Counted from the stretch's first letter, positions 45,685-56,303 are shown. The stretch: DNA of 64,000 nucleotides from Candidatus Eiseniibacteriota bacterium (GCA_963703225.1 OY969801.1:448001-512000); one strand, 5' to 3'. A program made the numbers and translations. Notes: a model not told the origin generated them from the letters alone.

Positions 45685-46509
45685 ATGGTCGACCCCAGCA
45701 CCGCTCCCGGCGTGTCCGTGATCACCGTCGTGAAAGACGGCGCCGACGCGATCGCGGGCACCATCGAAAGCGTCCAGAAGCAAACCCACCGGCCCCTGGA
45801 GCACGTGATCATCGACGGCGGCTCGACCGACGGCACGCTCGACGTCATCCAGCGCTTTGGGAATCGCGTGCGCTGGATCAGCGAGCCCGACCGGGGCCTC
45901 TACGATGCGATGAACAAGGGAATCGCGCTCATCGATTCCTCCGAGCGGTACCTGATCTTCCTCAACGCCGACGATTCCTTTCACTCGCCGGACGCCGTCG
46001 GCCAGATGTTCGCGCGCTCGGGCGGCGAGGATTTTCTCTACGGACGCCTCGAGCGCTTGGATGAGGCTCACGACGATCGCGACGTGATCGGCAGCGCCGT
46101 CTCCTCACGCGATCTCCTCTACGGAATGCGGTGCCACCACCAGACGATCCTCTGCCGGAGGAGCGTCTTCGACCGGATTGGCGGATTTCGCCTCGAGTAT
46201 CGGGTCGCCGCCGACTACGACTGGGTGGTGCGAGCGTTTCAATCTCCCGCGATCAGCCGGCGATTCGTCCCGGTCGTGGTCGCCACGATGCGACGGGGCG
46301 GATTCAGCGAGCGCGGATACCTGGAGGGGATCCGGGAGCGCCGGGCAATCGTTCGCGCATCCTATTCTCGTGCGGATGCTGCGCGGTTCATGGCGTATTC
46401 GATTTATGGGGACTACCTCCGGTGGGGGCTACAGCGGGTTCTACGCCCCCTCGGACTCATCCCGTTGGCCCGCCGGCTCAAACGGCTGGCCGACGACCAC
46501 GGCACGTAG
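45685..46509 (+). CDS. Family 2 glycosyltransferase (WcaE/WfgS-like)
   Basis: VSVITV, IDGGSTDGT, SEPDRGLYDAMNKGI, FLNADD, AADYDW. Confidence 0.88.
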   Translation: MVDPSTAPGVSVITVVKDGADAIAGTIESVQKQTHRPLEHVIIDGGSTDGTLDVIQRFGNRVRWISEPDRGLYDAMNKGIALIDSSERYLIFLNADDSFHSPDAVGQMFARSGGEDFLYGRLERLDEAHDDRDVIGSAVSSRDLLYGMRCHHQTILCRRSVFDRIGGFRLEYRVAADYDWVVRAFQSPAISRRFVPVVVATMRRGGFSERGYLEGIRERRAIVRASYSRADAARFMAYSIYGDYLRWGLQRVLRPLGLIPLARRLKRLADDHGT

Positions 46510-46541
46510 CGCAACCATTCGATCGGATTGGATTCCAGGGA

Positions 46542-47381
46542 ATGCAATCGGAAGACCTGCTCATCTACAAATCGGATCGTCACAGCCAGAATGGCGAAGA
46601 CGGGATTGTCGCCGCCATTTTTGAAAACATCGGCACAACCACAAGGATCTGCTGTGAGTTTGGCGCCTGGGACGGAATCCATTTGAGCAACTGTCGCAAC
46701 CTCATCCTCCTTGGCTGGTCTGCCCTCATGGTTGAGGGCGACGACCATCGTTTCAAAGATCTGGTTTCCTGCTACGCCACGAACCGACTGGTCACATGCG
46801 TGCACAAGATGGTGGATGCAGGGGCCAACAGCTTGGCCTCCATTCTCGATGCGTGTCATAGTAGGGACCTGGACTTCTTGAGTATTGATATTGATGGCCT
46901 GGACTACGAAATATTCGAAACACTGGATGTTTACCCGAGGGTAATCTGTACCGAAGTCAATGCTGGCCACGATCCCGAGAGCGAGACAAGGCTTGATCGA
47001 GATGTCGCCCGCAATAATGTGGGACAGCCGCTGCAGGTGTTTGTTGAGATCGCGGACGCCAAGGGGTATGACCTCGTTTGCTACACGGGAAACGCCTTTT
47101 TCGTACGCCGCGATGTGATCCGCAAGTCATCACTTGCCGTCCTCTCAAGCCGACAGGCATACGCGTACTTCCTCAGGCACCTATCCATGCCTGGAAAGGA
47201 GTGGCTCTACCTGGTCAATCTGGGGATCGTGAATCCGTTCTTTCAGTTCGCCAACCCCTTCCTGACGCCCGCTGCTCTTGGCATCCATAGATCTAGGGCG
47301 ATGTGGCTGAACTCATCGCGCAGGATCATCGAAGGGGGTCAATCCGTGGCGCATCGGCTGAGAAGGATCGCAAGGGGCTAG
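46542..47381 (+). CDS. FkbM-like SAM-dependent methyltransferase
   Basis: SQNGEDGI, EFGAWDG...SN, DFLSIDIDGLDY, GNAFFV. Lower GC than the flanks. Confidence 0.75.
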   Translation: MQSEDLLIYKSDRHSQNGEDGIVAAIFENIGTTTRICCEFGAWDGIHLSNCRNLILLGWSALMVEGDDHRFKDLVSCYATNRLVTCVHKMVDAGANSLASILDACHSRDLDFLSIDIDGLDYEIFETLDVYPRVICTEVNAGHDPESETRLDRDVARNNVGQPLQVFVEIADAKGYDLVCYTGNAFFVRRDVIRKSSLAVLSSRQAYAYFLRHLSMPGKEWLYLVNLGIVNPFFQFANPFLTPAALGIHRSRAMWLNSSRRIIEGGQSVAHRLRRIARG

Positions 47382-47439
47382 GGGTGGAACGTACCTTCCT
47401 ACGGATACAGCTCGCGTCCCTGTTCCACGTCAGCCCAGC

Positions 47440-48186
47440 GTGAGCCTGCATCGAGACGAGCTCTCGACTCGAGACGAGTGGGAGCGCCGAATTCGGGCGA
47501 TGCACCCATCAGCCCTTGACGACAACCCGTTCGCCGAAGTTCTGCTCCGATACCTGCCGGTTCAGCCGGAGTGGTCGGCGCTCGAGATCGGAGCGATTCC
47601 AGGTCGTTTCCTTCTTTTCCTCCACAAGAACTTCGGATATCGCGTCTCGGGCCTCGATTACGCCCGCGACTGGTCGCATTTCGACGCGGTCTTTCGCGAT
47701 GGTAAGGTGACGGAGGTGGAGAAGATCGCCGCGGATTTCTTGTCGTTCACAACCGATCGGAAATTCCAGGTGGTGGCGAGCTTCGGATTCATTGAGCACT
47801 TTCGAGACGTGCCGGATATGATCCGCCGCCATACGCGGCTCGTGGGTCCAGGGGGCTACCTCGTTCTGAGCGTGCCCAATTTCACGGGCCTCCAGTATGC
47901 CTACCACTGGCTCGTCGACCGCCCGAATCTCCGGATCCATAACACCCGAGCCATGAGCAAGCCACTGATCGAGCGGCTGGTGCAGCAGGATGGATTCCGT
48001 CTCTGCTACTCGGGGCACGTCGGGAGGCTGGAAGTGTGGCGGGAGGATCGACCGCTCGGCTTGTGGCAGAGGGTCATCGACCGTGGGGCCCGAATCGCCG
48101 CTGCGAGCCTCGCGCCGCACCTGCGCGAATCCGGGTGGTACTCGCCCTACTACCTGCTCATCGCCAGGCGCGAGGGGCTCCCATGA
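47440..48186 (+). CDS. Class I SAM-dependent methyltransferase
   Basis: LEIGAIPG, GLDY, FQVVASFGFIEHF, PGGYLVLSVPN. Confidence 0.82.
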   Translation: MSLHRDELSTRDEWERRIRAMHPSALDDNPFAEVLLRYLPVQPEWSALEIGAIPGRFLLFLHKNFGYRVSGLDYARDWSHFDAVFRDGKVTEVEKIAADFLSFTTDRKFQVVASFGFIEHFRDVPDMIRRHTRLVGPGGYLVLSVPNFTGLQYAYHWLVDRPNLRIHNTRAMSKPLIERLVQQDGFRLCYSGHVGRLEVWREDRPLGLWQRVIDRGARIAAASLAPHLRESGWYSPYYLLIARREGLP

Positions 48187-49745
48187 GCGCCGTGGAGAGG
48201 AACTACGTCGCGACGGTGGCGGCGAACACGTGGTGGAACCTGGTTCAGTTCGCCGCGGGCGGGGTCATCGGAGTGGCCGTGTCCGTTCTGACCGCGCGCT
48301 ACCTCGGCTCCGCTGCCTTCGGCGTGCTGAGCTACGTCATCTGGCTCACCGCCGTCGTCGCCACCTTCACCGATCTCGGCTTCGAGCAGCTGATTCGGAG
48401 GTACGTTCCCGGTTGGTTCCATCGCCCGGCGAGCAGTGGATGGGCCGCGCGGCTCGTTTGGACGGCCGTGGCCGTGCAGATCGTCATGGCCGGCGTGGTC
48501 ATCGCCGCCCTGGCGATGCTCTATCCGTGGTGGAGCCGGTCGCTCACATTTACATTTCCGCGACTCCAGACGATCGTCATCATCGGGCTGGTCAGCGTCT
48601 TCCCGCTGATCGTAAGTCGGAGCATCGGCGCCTTCCTGCGATCCATTCAATCCACAAAGCCCGTCGCCGTGGCGACCGTCGCGACCCAGGCTGCGAATCT
48701 CGCGCTCGTGGCCGCCGCGGTATGGACGCGGCTCGACGTCTTGACCTTCGTTTGGATCGCGCTTCTCGCCAACTCCGCGCTGGCGGGGGCTCTCGTGTTC
48801 GCATTCCGCCGCGCCTCTTCGCCGACCCGGCCGTCCGACAGCGTTTGGCCCGCACGGGAAATGAAGGTCTACGCCGTCATCGGGTATGGCCACGTGATCC
48901 TCCAGTACATCGTTTGGACCCGGTCTGAGGTCTTTTTCCTGGGGATCTACTCCCCAGCGCGGGAGATCGGATTTTACAGTCTCGCCTTCGGCGTGGCCGG
49001 CCTCTTGGGCAGCTCGATCGGGGTCCTCCAGCAGTCGTTGTTCGCCGCTCAGTTCGAGCTCTTGGCGGGCGGGGAGGAGGATCGGTCCGACCGGTTGGCT
49101 TCCTTCAGCGTCAAGTACTTGGCCCTCCTGTTTCTTCCCCTCTTTCTCCTGAGCTGGCTGTTCATCGGCTCCGCCGTCAACTTGATGTACGGGAGGACCT
49201 ACGCGACGGTGGCCGCGGCCTTTCCCTTTCTGGTGTTCGGGATGGTCGTGGCCAACGTTCTCAATCCGGTCACGACCAAGATCTCTCTCTCCAACAGGAA
49301 ATTCGCCGCGACGCTTCTGATCGCCCTCTTCGGAGCCGTGATGAACGTGGGGCTCGATATGGCGATCATCCCTCGCCATCACGCCTTGGGGGCGGCGATC
49401 GCGAGTTGCATCAGTCAGCTGCTGGTCGTCTGCGTGAGCGTTCTCTTCGTCGCCCGGGTCGCGCCGGTCCGAGTGGAGCGCTGGCCGATCGCCGCGATCG
49501 TGCTCGTCAACGCGGTGCTTGGAGGGCTGGTCTGGCTGGCCCTGCAGCGCGACGCTCCTGTTCCGGTAAAGGTGGCCTTGGTGGTGGTCGCCGGAGCGGT
49601 CTACCTCAGGTGGTTGGCCGCGTGGCGCGTTTTCGGCCGAGCCGACGTGGAAGTGGTGTCGGCGCTCCATGAGTGGGCGCCGGCCGGGCTCAAGCCCGCG
49701 TTCCATGCCGTGCGCGGTTACCTCCTCCGGTTCGCGGCCGCATGA
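48183..49745 (+). CDS. Third Wzx/MATE-superfamily flippase
   Basis: TARYLGSAAFG, IGFYSLA, MYGRTY, IIPRHHALGAAIA; many TM helices. Confidence 0.82.
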   Translation: MSAVERNYVATVAANTWWNLVQFAAGGVIGVAVSVLTARYLGSAAFGVLSYVIWLTAVVATFTDLGFEQLIRRYVPGWFHRPASSGWAARLVWTAVAVQIVMAGVVIAALAMLYPWWSRSLTFTFPRLQTIVIIGLVSVFPLIVSRSIGAFLRSIQSTKPVAVATVATQAANLALVAAAVWTRLDVLTFVWIALLANSALAGALVFAFRRASSPTRPSDSVWPAREMKVYAVIGYGHVILQYIVWTRSEVFFLGIYSPAREIGFYSLAFGVAGLLGSSIGVLQQSLFAAQFELLAGGEEDRSDRLASFSVKYLALLFLPLFLLSWLFIGSAVNLMYGRTYATVAAAFPFLVFGMVVANVLNPVTTKISLSNRKFAATLLIALFGAVMNVGLDMAIIPRHHALGAAIASCISQLLVVCVSVLFVARVAPVRVERWPIAAIVLVNAVLGGLVWLALQRDAPVPVKVALVVVAGAVYLRWLAAWRVFGRADVEVVSALHEWAPAGLKPAFHAVRGYLLRFAAA

Positions 49746-50914
49746 AGATTCTGCACGCGGTGGAGTTCTACTATCCGTCCGTCGGCGGGGCCCAGGCGGT
49801 CGTGCAGCAGGTATCGGAGCGCCTCGCGGCGAGAGGGCACGAGGTAACCGTCGCCACCTCGTACGTTCCGGGACGCAGCCAAGAAATCCACCGTGGCGTT
49901 CGGATCGTTCCATTCCACGTGACGGGGAATGCGGTCCGGGGCATGCGTGGAGAACTGGAGCGCTACCAGGAGTTCGTGCGGGATGGGGGGTACGACGTCA
50001 TCCTGGTCTACGCCGCACAGCAATGGACGTGCGACGCCCTCCTTTCGATTCTGGATCAGATCACCGCGAGAAAGGTGTTCGCTCCCTGTGGTTTTTCGGG
50101 GCTCCACGAGGTCGCGTATCGAGAATATTTCGAGCGTATGCCCGAGATCTTGCGAAAGTTCGACTCGCTCGTATTCCACACGAACAGCTATCGGGACGTC
50201 CAGTTCGCCCGGGCACATGGCCTGGAGCACGGGGTCCTCATCCCCAATGGGGCCGCGGCCGACGAGTTCGAGTCGGTGGCGCCTTCATTCAAGGCGAAGT
50301 TCGACGTGCGCTCCACGGCGATGATTCTCACCGTGGGGAGCCACACGGGGACGAAAGGGCACCGGGTAGTCCTGGAAGCATTCCGCAAGGCGAGGATCAA
50401 AGACGCGACGCTCGTCATCATCGGCAACCCCGTCGATGGCGGATGCGCCCTGGACTGCCACGTGCGGGCCTGGGTCTACAACCGGTTGCCGGGAGTCCGG
50501 TCGCGGCGAAAGGCCATTCGGGTCATGAGCCTGGAGCGCGGTGATATCATCGCGGCGTATCAGGCTGCCGATCTGTTCTTGTTCGCGTCCCATATCGAGT
50601 GCTCGCCGCTCGTGCTCTTCGAGGCGATGGCCGCCGGGTGTGCCTTCGCCACCACACCGGTAGGAAACGCCGCCGAGGTCGTGGAGTGGTCGCAAGGAGG
50701 GATCCTCATCCCGGCGAGGCAGGACCCGAACGGTTACACGATCTCCGCGCCGGATGCCGTGGGGGAGGCGATCGAGGTGCTCATTCACGATTCCGAGCTG
50801 CGGGATCGCCTCGGTCGACGGGGTCAAGCAGCCTGGCGGGAGCGCTTCACCTTCGAGCGGATCGCCATGGAGTACGAGCGGCTCTACCAGCGCCTCCTCG
50901 AGCGACCCCTGTGA
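49742..50914 (+). CDS. Family 4 glycosyltransferase
   Basis: YYPSVGGA, GHEVTVAT, IPNG, ECSPLVLFEAMAAG. Confidence 0.88.
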   Translation: MKILHAVEFYYPSVGGAQAVVQQVSERLAARGHEVTVATSYVPGRSQEIHRGVRIVPFHVTGNAVRGMRGELERYQEFVRDGGYDVILVYAAQQWTCDALLSILDQITARKVFAPCGFSGLHEVAYREYFERMPEILRKFDSLVFHTNSYRDVQFARAHGLEHGVLIPNGAAADEFESVAPSFKAKFDVRSTAMILTVGSHTGTKGHRVVLEAFRKARIKDATLVIIGNPVDGGCALDCHVRAWVYNRLPGVRSRRKAIRVMSLERGDIIAAYQAADLFLFASHIECSPLVLFEAMAAGCAFATTPVGNAAEVVEWSQGGILIPARQDPNGYTISAPDAVGEAIEVLIHDSELRDRLGRRGQAAWRERFTFERIAMEYERLYQRLLERPL

Positions 50915-51783
50915 TCACGAGCCGTCTTCTCGGCGGTCTCGGCAACCAGATGTTTCAGTACGCGGCCGGGCTGGCTCTCGCACGGCGGCTCGGAACGGAG
51001 CTAAGGCTCGACATCTCCTGGTTCGCCCGCGTTGCCAATCGACGGTACGACCTTGGAGATTTCGCGATCACCGCGCGGCCGGCCACGGCCCGCGAGCTCA
51101 TTGGGGTTGGAGTCCGTCCACCGGGCGCGGTCGCCCGCGCGCTGTCCGTGCTGAGTCTCGCTGGATTCCGAGGGATCCGAGGCCACGTCCAGGAGCCCGC
51201 GTTCACCTACTGGCCGGGGTTCGCCGAGCTTCCGGATGGGACCTATCTCGACGGCTACTGGCAGAGCGAGCGGTACTTTGAGGGAATCGCGGATTCCATT
51301 CGGAGAGAATTCACGGCGCGCACTCCTCCCGATCCGGAGAATCAGCGCACGCTGGACGCCATCAACTCGTGCGAATCGGTGGCGATCCACGTGCGCCGAG
51401 GCGATTATGCGGCGAGCGCCCACACCCACGACTATCACGGCACCACGCCCCTGGAGTACTACGAGCAAGCCGTGGCGCGGATGCGCTCGCAGCTCCCGGC
51501 GGCCACGTTCTTTGTGTTCTCGGACGATGCGACGTGGACGCGGAAGGTTCTCAGCGTTGGAGAGGGCACCGTCTTCGTGACCCACAACGGCTCGGAAAGG
51601 AGCTTTGAGGATCTACGACTGATGAGCGCCTGCCGCCATCACATTATCGCCAACAGCACCTTCGGTTGGTGGGGAGCGTGGCTGGCGAACACCGAGGGAC
51701 AGCGCGTGATCGCGCCGCGGCGCTGGTTTAAGACCGACCTGGACACGCGCGACCTGATCCCGGCGCGGTGGGAGCGCTTGTAG
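50911..51783 (+). CDS. Family 11 alpha-1,2-fucosyltransferase
   Basis: GGLGNQMFQYA, GYWQSERYF, HVRRGDY, FSDD, IANSTFGWWGAWL. Confidence 0.93.
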   Translation: MITSRLLGGLGNQMFQYAAGLALARRLGTELRLDISWFARVANRRYDLGDFAITARPATARELIGVGVRPPGAVARALSVLSLAGFRGIRGHVQEPAFTYWPGFAELPDGTYLDGYWQSERYFEGIADSIRREFTARTPPDPENQRTLDAINSCESVAIHVRRGDYAASAHTHDYHGTTPLEYYEQAVARMRSQLPAATFFVFSDDATWTRKVLSVGEGTVFVTHNGSERSFEDLRLMSACRHHIIANSTFGWWGAWLANTEGQRVIAPRRWFKTDLDTRDLIPARWERL

Positions 51784-51784
51784 G

Positions 51785-52651
51785 GTGGGATCTCCACGGG
51801 TTTCCGTCCTCTTCCCGGTGCACAACGGCGCGCGCTACTTGCGGTACGCGCTGGAGAGCATCCTGAATCAGACATTCTCCGATTTTGAAATCGAGATCAT
51901 GAATGATGGATCCACGGACGAGTCGGCGTCCATCATTCACTCGTACCGCGACCCGAGAGTCCGGTACGCGGATCAGTCCCGGGCCGGCCTGGCGGTGAGC
52001 CTGAACCGGCTTTTGGAGCGCGCGCGCGGCACATATCTCGCGCGGATGGACCACGATGACTGGTCCCATCCAGCGCGCCTGGAGGCTCAGGTGGCGTTCC
52101 TGGACGCGCGCCCGGATACCGTCCTCGTGGGGAGCTGGATCGAGACCATGGATACGGACAATCGCGTTCGGGACCGAATTCGCTACCCCATCACGCCGTC
52201 GGGGATTCGCGAGGCGATGCTTATCACGAACCCCATCGCGCATGGATCGGTCATGCTGCGGAGGCTTCCCGAACTAAGGTACTCCACCGAATTCGATGGC
52301 GCGGAGGACTTCGACCACTGGGAGCGTTTGGCGAAGCGGCACCCCGTGGCGAATCTTCCACGCTACCTGTATCGCTGGCGTCTGAATCCAGAAGGCATCA
52401 GCCAGTCGCGGAGCGAACGGCAGAGCCAGACCGCGGAGCGAATCCTCGAACGTTACCGGCAGTGGTACGTTCCCAGGGTCGCCGAGCTCGCCCCGACAAT
52501 CGAGGAGCTGGTCGCCGAACGAAGAGCCACCGGCATTGCATCCGTCGTGAAGCGCAAGCTGATGCTCGTGCGCCTGTTTCGTTCCCTCCATGCCGGCGAC
52601 GCCTGGCGCCGAGAACTCTGGGACGCACTTCGTCTCCCGTTCCTCCGATGA
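51785..52651 (+). CDS. Family 2 glycosyltransferase
   Basis: SILNQTFSDFE, NDGSTD, ARMDHDD, AEDFDHW. Confidence 0.88.
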   Translation: MGSPRVSVLFPVHNGARYLRYALESILNQTFSDFEIEIMNDGSTDESASIIHSYRDPRVRYADQSRAGLAVSLNRLLERARGTYLARMDHDDWSHPARLEAQVAFLDARPDTVLVGSWIETMDTDNRVRDRIRYPITPSGIREAMLITNPIAHGSVMLRRLPELRYSTEFDGAEDFDHWERLAKRHPVANLPRYLYRWRLNPEGISQSRSERQSQTAERILERYRQWYVPRVAELAPTIEELVAERRATGIASVVKRKLMLVRLFRSLHAGDAWRRELWDALRLPFLR

Positions 52652-52652
52652 T

Positions 52653-53903
52653 GTGAGACCACTCCTCCTCAACACCTACGAGCGGGCGGGTGGAGCGGCC
52701 AGGGCCGCCCACCGGCTGCACCAGGGGCTCAGGAGGATCGGCGTCGACTCCCAGCTTCTGGTCCAGCAAAGGTTCTCCGACGATCCGTCCGTTCACGGAC
52801 CCGAAGGGCGGATCGCGAAGCTCGTGGCGCGCGCACGCCCGTTCCTCGACTCGACCCCCCTGTGGGGTTACCCCGCCCGGCGCGATGGGCTCTTCTCGCC
52901 CGCTGTTCTGCCCGACGGGCTCGCCAGGCGAGTCGCCGCGCTGGGCGCCGATCTCGTGCATCTCCACTGGGTCGCGGGGGGTTTCTTGCGCGTCGACTCG
53001 CTCGCACGGATGGGGCGCCCCATCGTCTGGACGCTCCACGATTCGTGGGCGTTCACCGGCGGCTGCCACGTTCCGGGAGATTGCACGCGCTACCGGGACG
53101 CGTGCGGATCCTGTCCCGCGCTCGGCTCCACCCGGGAGCGCGATCTCTCCCGGCGTCTCCTGGAGCGGAAGCGCCGGGGCTTTGACCGGGCGACCCCGAC
53201 GCTGGTGACGCCCAGCCGCTGGCTCGCCGAGGCCGCCTGCGGGAGCGCGCTCTTCCGCGACGCCTCGATCGAGGTCATTCCGAACGGAATCGACCTCGCG
53301 CGCTTCAAGCCGTTCGATCAGTCCACCGCGCGAGAATTCCTCGGCCTCCCCCGCGACCGCGCGATTCTTCTCTTCGGCGGGGTCGGGAGCTTGAGCGATC
53401 GAAACAAGGGGTTTCCGTTGCTCGTCGACGCGCTGGAGCGACTCGGACCGAGGCCGGGCGGGCGCGACGCGGAGCTGGTGATCGTCGGGCAAAGCCGGCC
53501 GGAGCCGCCTCCACGCTTCTCCATTCCGGTCCGATTCATCGGACCTCTCGGCGACGAGGAGAGCATGGCGCTCTACCAGGCCGCGGCCGACGCGCTGATC
53601 CTGCCCTCGCTTCAGGAGAATCATCCGAATATGGTGATCGAGGCGATGGCCTGCGGCACGCCGACGGTGGCCTTTCGCGCCGCGGGGCTCCCGGATCTGG
53701 TGGAGCACGAGCGGACCGGTTTTCTGGCGGAGCCGTTTCGGAGCGAGGATCTGGCGCGCGGAATCACGTGGGTCCTGGAAGACGAAGCCCGCCGCCGCGG
53801 TCTGGGGATGGAGGCCCGCAGGCGGGCCGAGCGGGACCACGACCTGGAAGGGGTGGCGCGGCGGTACCTGTCTGTTTACGAACGGGTTGTCGGCCGGCGA
53901 TGA
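52653..53903 (+). CDS. Family 4 glycosyltransferase (WcaC-like)
   Basis: GGAARAAHRLH, HLHW, WTLHDSWAFTGGCH, CGSCP, ENHPNMVIEAMACGTP. Confidence 0.88.
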   Translation: MRPLLLNTYERAGGAARAAHRLHQGLRRIGVDSQLLVQQRFSDDPSVHGPEGRIAKLVARARPFLDSTPLWGYPARRDGLFSPAVLPDGLARRVAALGADLVHLHWVAGGFLRVDSLARMGRPIVWTLHDSWAFTGGCHVPGDCTRYRDACGSCPALGSTRERDLSRRLLERKRRGFDRATPTLVTPSRWLAEAACGSALFRDASIEVIPNGIDLARFKPFDQSTAREFLGLPRDRAILLFGGVGSLSDRNKGFPLLVDALERLGPRPGGRDAELVIVGQSRPEPPPRFSIPVRFIGPLGDEESMALYQAAADALILPSLQENHPNMVIEAMACGTPTVAFRAAGLPDLVEHERTGFLAEPFRSEDLARGITWVLEDEARRRGLGMEARRRAERDHDLEGVARRYLSVYERVVGRR

Positions 53904-53950
53904 GCCGCTTCGGCTCCCGTTTCCGCGGGCGGCGCCCACCGCCCGGTTCG

Positions 53951-53959
53951 TGGTAGACT
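53951..53959 (+). promoter_or_regulatory. Extended -10 element, candidate leaderless transcript
   Basis: TG-G-TAGACT, 6 nt before ATG 53966, with no SD. Confidence 0.5.
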
Positions 53960-53965
53960 GCGCTA

Positions 53966-55189
53966 ATGCGTGTCGTCTTCCTGACCTCTCGCATGCCCTT
54001 TCCGCCCGTGGGGGGCGACCGCTTTCGGGTCTTCCACCTCCTGCGCACGGCGTCGGAAGCCGGGCATGAAGTTCATCTCGTCACATTCGATCGGGCCATA
54101 CCTCCGCGGGCCGTGATCGCGCCGCTCGATCGGCTCCTCGCGTCGATCCGGATCGTGCCGCTGCCAAAGCTGGTCTCCATGCTTCGTGTGGCGCAGGCGC
54201 TGCCGGGGCAGCGGCCGCTCCAAGCCGCCTACTATCACTCTCGGGTGATGCGCCGCGCGGTCGGGGAAGCGCTCGCACGCGTGCGTCCCGATCGGGTCTA
54301 CACCCACTTGTTCCGGATGGCGCCCTACGCGGTCGAGCGGATGGAGCGCTACCGCGCTCGCTGGATCCTCGACTTCACCGATGTGATCTCGGCCGGAATC
54401 GAGCGATCCCTTCCGTACCGCCGCGGATTCGATCTCCTGCTTTACCGTGAGGAGATGAAGCGGATTCGCCGCTATGAGAAATCCGTGGCGCCCCGTTTCG
54501 ACGAGTGCTGGGTCATCAGCGACGCCGAGCGCCAGAGCCTTCTCTCGTTGGCGCCCGGCGCGCGCGTGCGGGTCGTCCCCAACGGACTCGGTCCCGAACC
54601 ATTTCACCCGAACGGCCCCCGAGATCGGGCGAGGCTCCTGTTCCTCGGTTACCAGGAAGTGTTCCACAACCGTGACGCGGCGCGCTTCCTGGTGGCGGAG
54701 GTCTTCCCGCGCGTCCGGGCCATGGAGCCAGAGGCGCTGCTGGACATTGCGGGAAGGGGATCCGAGACCCTGGGGCCCTGGGTGCGCGGAGAGGGGGTCC
54801 GAATCGTCGGCTATGTTCCCAAACTTGAGGACGCGCTCATGCACGCCACCGTCTTTGTGGCGCCGCACCGGTTCGCGGCCGGTGTCCAGAACAAGGTCGT
54901 TCAGGCGCTGGCGAGCGGAACGCCGGTCGTCTCGACGCCCGCGGTTCGCCTGGGCTTGCAGCCGATGCCGGACGGGGTGATGCGCGTGGGCGAAGGCGCC
55001 GACGCCATCGCCGCCCAGATCGTGAAGCTCATTCGCGATCCCGGCGAAGCGGCGGCGCTCGGCGCGAGAGGCCGTGATTGGGCGCGCTCGACCTTCACCT
55101 GGACCCCCGCGCGCGAGGCGCTCGAATCGAACGGGAGATCGCAGGAGCCGGCGAGGGGGGCCACGCCCGCCGTTCCCGCGGGCATTTGA
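53966..55189 (+). CDS. Family 4 glycosyltransferase
   Basis: PFPPVGGD, VVPNG, APHRFAAGVQNKVVQALASGTPVV. Confidence 0.85.
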   Translation: MRVVFLTSRMPFPPVGGDRFRVFHLLRTASEAGHEVHLVTFDRAIPPRAVIAPLDRLLASIRIVPLPKLVSMLRVAQALPGQRPLQAAYYHSRVMRRAVGEALARVRPDRVYTHLFRMAPYAVERMERYRARWILDFTDVISAGIERSLPYRRGFDLLLYREEMKRIRRYEKSVAPRFDECWVISDAERQSLLSLAPGARVRVVPNGLGPEPFHPNGPRDRARLLFLGYQEVFHNRDAARFLVAEVFPRVRAMEPEALLDIAGRGSETLGPWVRGEGVRIVGYVPKLEDALMHATVFVAPHRFAAGVQNKVVQALASGTPVVSTPAVRLGLQPMPDGVMRVGEGADAIAAQIVKLIRDPGEAAALGARGRDWARSTFTWTPAREALESNGRSQEPARGATPAVPAGI

Positions 55190-56199
55190 ACGAACCGCCC
55201 CCGGGCCTGATCGTAGCCCCGCTGGCCTTCGCTTCGTCGCTCGTCCTGACTCCGATTTTTCTCCGCGTGGCCCGCGCCACCGGCTATCTGGACCATCCCG
55301 ACCCCCGGAAATCTCATCCGGAGCCGATGCCGCTGATGGGTGGGGTCGCGGTCGCGCTCTCGCTCGTCATCGCCCCGCTCCTCGCGAAGGCGATCTTTGC
55401 GGTTCCGATCTCCGCGCCGAGACCGGGTGTCTGGATTGGCGCGAGCCTCTCGCTCTGCTTGGGCCTGCTCGACGACCGGCGTCCGATGCCGCCGCTCGGA
55501 AAACTCGTGGGTCAGCTCGCGGCGGCGTTTTGCCTCGTGCTCTGGGGACCGCAGGTGGAATGGATCCGAAACAGCCCGATCGCGCTGGGCGTCGCCATCG
55601 TCGGTGTCACCGCCCTCCTCAACGCCATCAACTTTCTCGATGCGATGGACGGCATCGTGGGAGCGGTGATCCCGATCACGGCGGCGGGGTTTGTCGCGAT
55701 CGCGCTCCTTTACGGCGCGCCGGTCGACCTCGTGCTCGCGTGGGGCTTGATCGGCGCCGGCGCCGGCTTCCTCGTCTATAACGCGCCCCCTGCCCGCATC
55801 TTCCTCGGGGACGCAGGGAGCCACGTTCTCGGCTTTGCGCTCGCCGCGTTGGCGCTTCAGGCGCTGCAAGGAGAGCACTCGTTCCCACACTTCGTCTCGG
55901 TGGCTTTGCTCCTCGCCTACCCGCTCTTCGACGTTCTCTTCGTGGTCATCGATCGGGTCGTCGGAGGACGTCGCTTTTACATCGGCGGCACCGATCACCC
56001 AACCCATCGTCTCGGACGACGCTTCGGACAATGGGGAACCCTGGGATTGATCTCGGCGGCGGTAGCGGGAAATGTTTGTCTCGGAATTTGGATTTGGGGC
56101 CGCGTCGACCCGCAATCGGTGGTTGCGGCTGTCCTCATTTCTGGGCTTGGATATGCCATTTTTGGGCTCCTGCTGAGACGCATTGGTCCCACCCCCTAG
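55186..56199 (+). CDS. WecA/TagO-like undecaprenyl-phosphate HexNAc-1-phosphate transferase
   Basis: DHPDPRKSH, PLMGG, GLLDD, NAINFLDAMDG, YNAPPARIFLGDAGS, HPTHRL. TTGA overlap at 55186. Confidence 0.88.
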   Translation: MNEPPPGLIVAPLAFASSLVLTPIFLRVARATGYLDHPDPRKSHPEPMPLMGGVAVALSLVIAPLLAKAIFAVPISAPRPGVWIGASLSLCLGLLDDRRPMPPLGKLVGQLAAAFCLVLWGPQVEWIRNSPIALGVAIVGVTALLNAINFLDAMDGIVGAVIPITAAGFVAIALLYGAPVDLVLAWGLIGAGAGFLVYNAPPARIFLGDAGSHVLGFALAALALQALQGEHSFPHFVSVALLLAYPLFDVLFVVIDRVVGGRRFYIGGTDHPTHRLGRRFGQWGTLGLISAAVAGNVCLGIWIWGRVDPQSVVAAVLISGLGYAIFGLLLRRIGPTP

Positions 56200-56207
56200 T
56201 TCGACAT

Positions 56208-56236
56208 TTGACAAAGACGTTTTACAGTTGTATAGT
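56208..56236 (+). promoter_or_regulatory. Near-consensus sigma70 promoter
   Basis: TTGACA-17 nt-TATAGT in an AT-rich intergenic patch upstream of the sigma54 activator. Confidence 0.75.
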
Positions 56237-56303
56237 CTCGTGGCCGTGGATTCACCCTGGGGAGTCGGTGACCCCGCCGGACTAACAGCGAGTGTAGGTC
56301 GCC

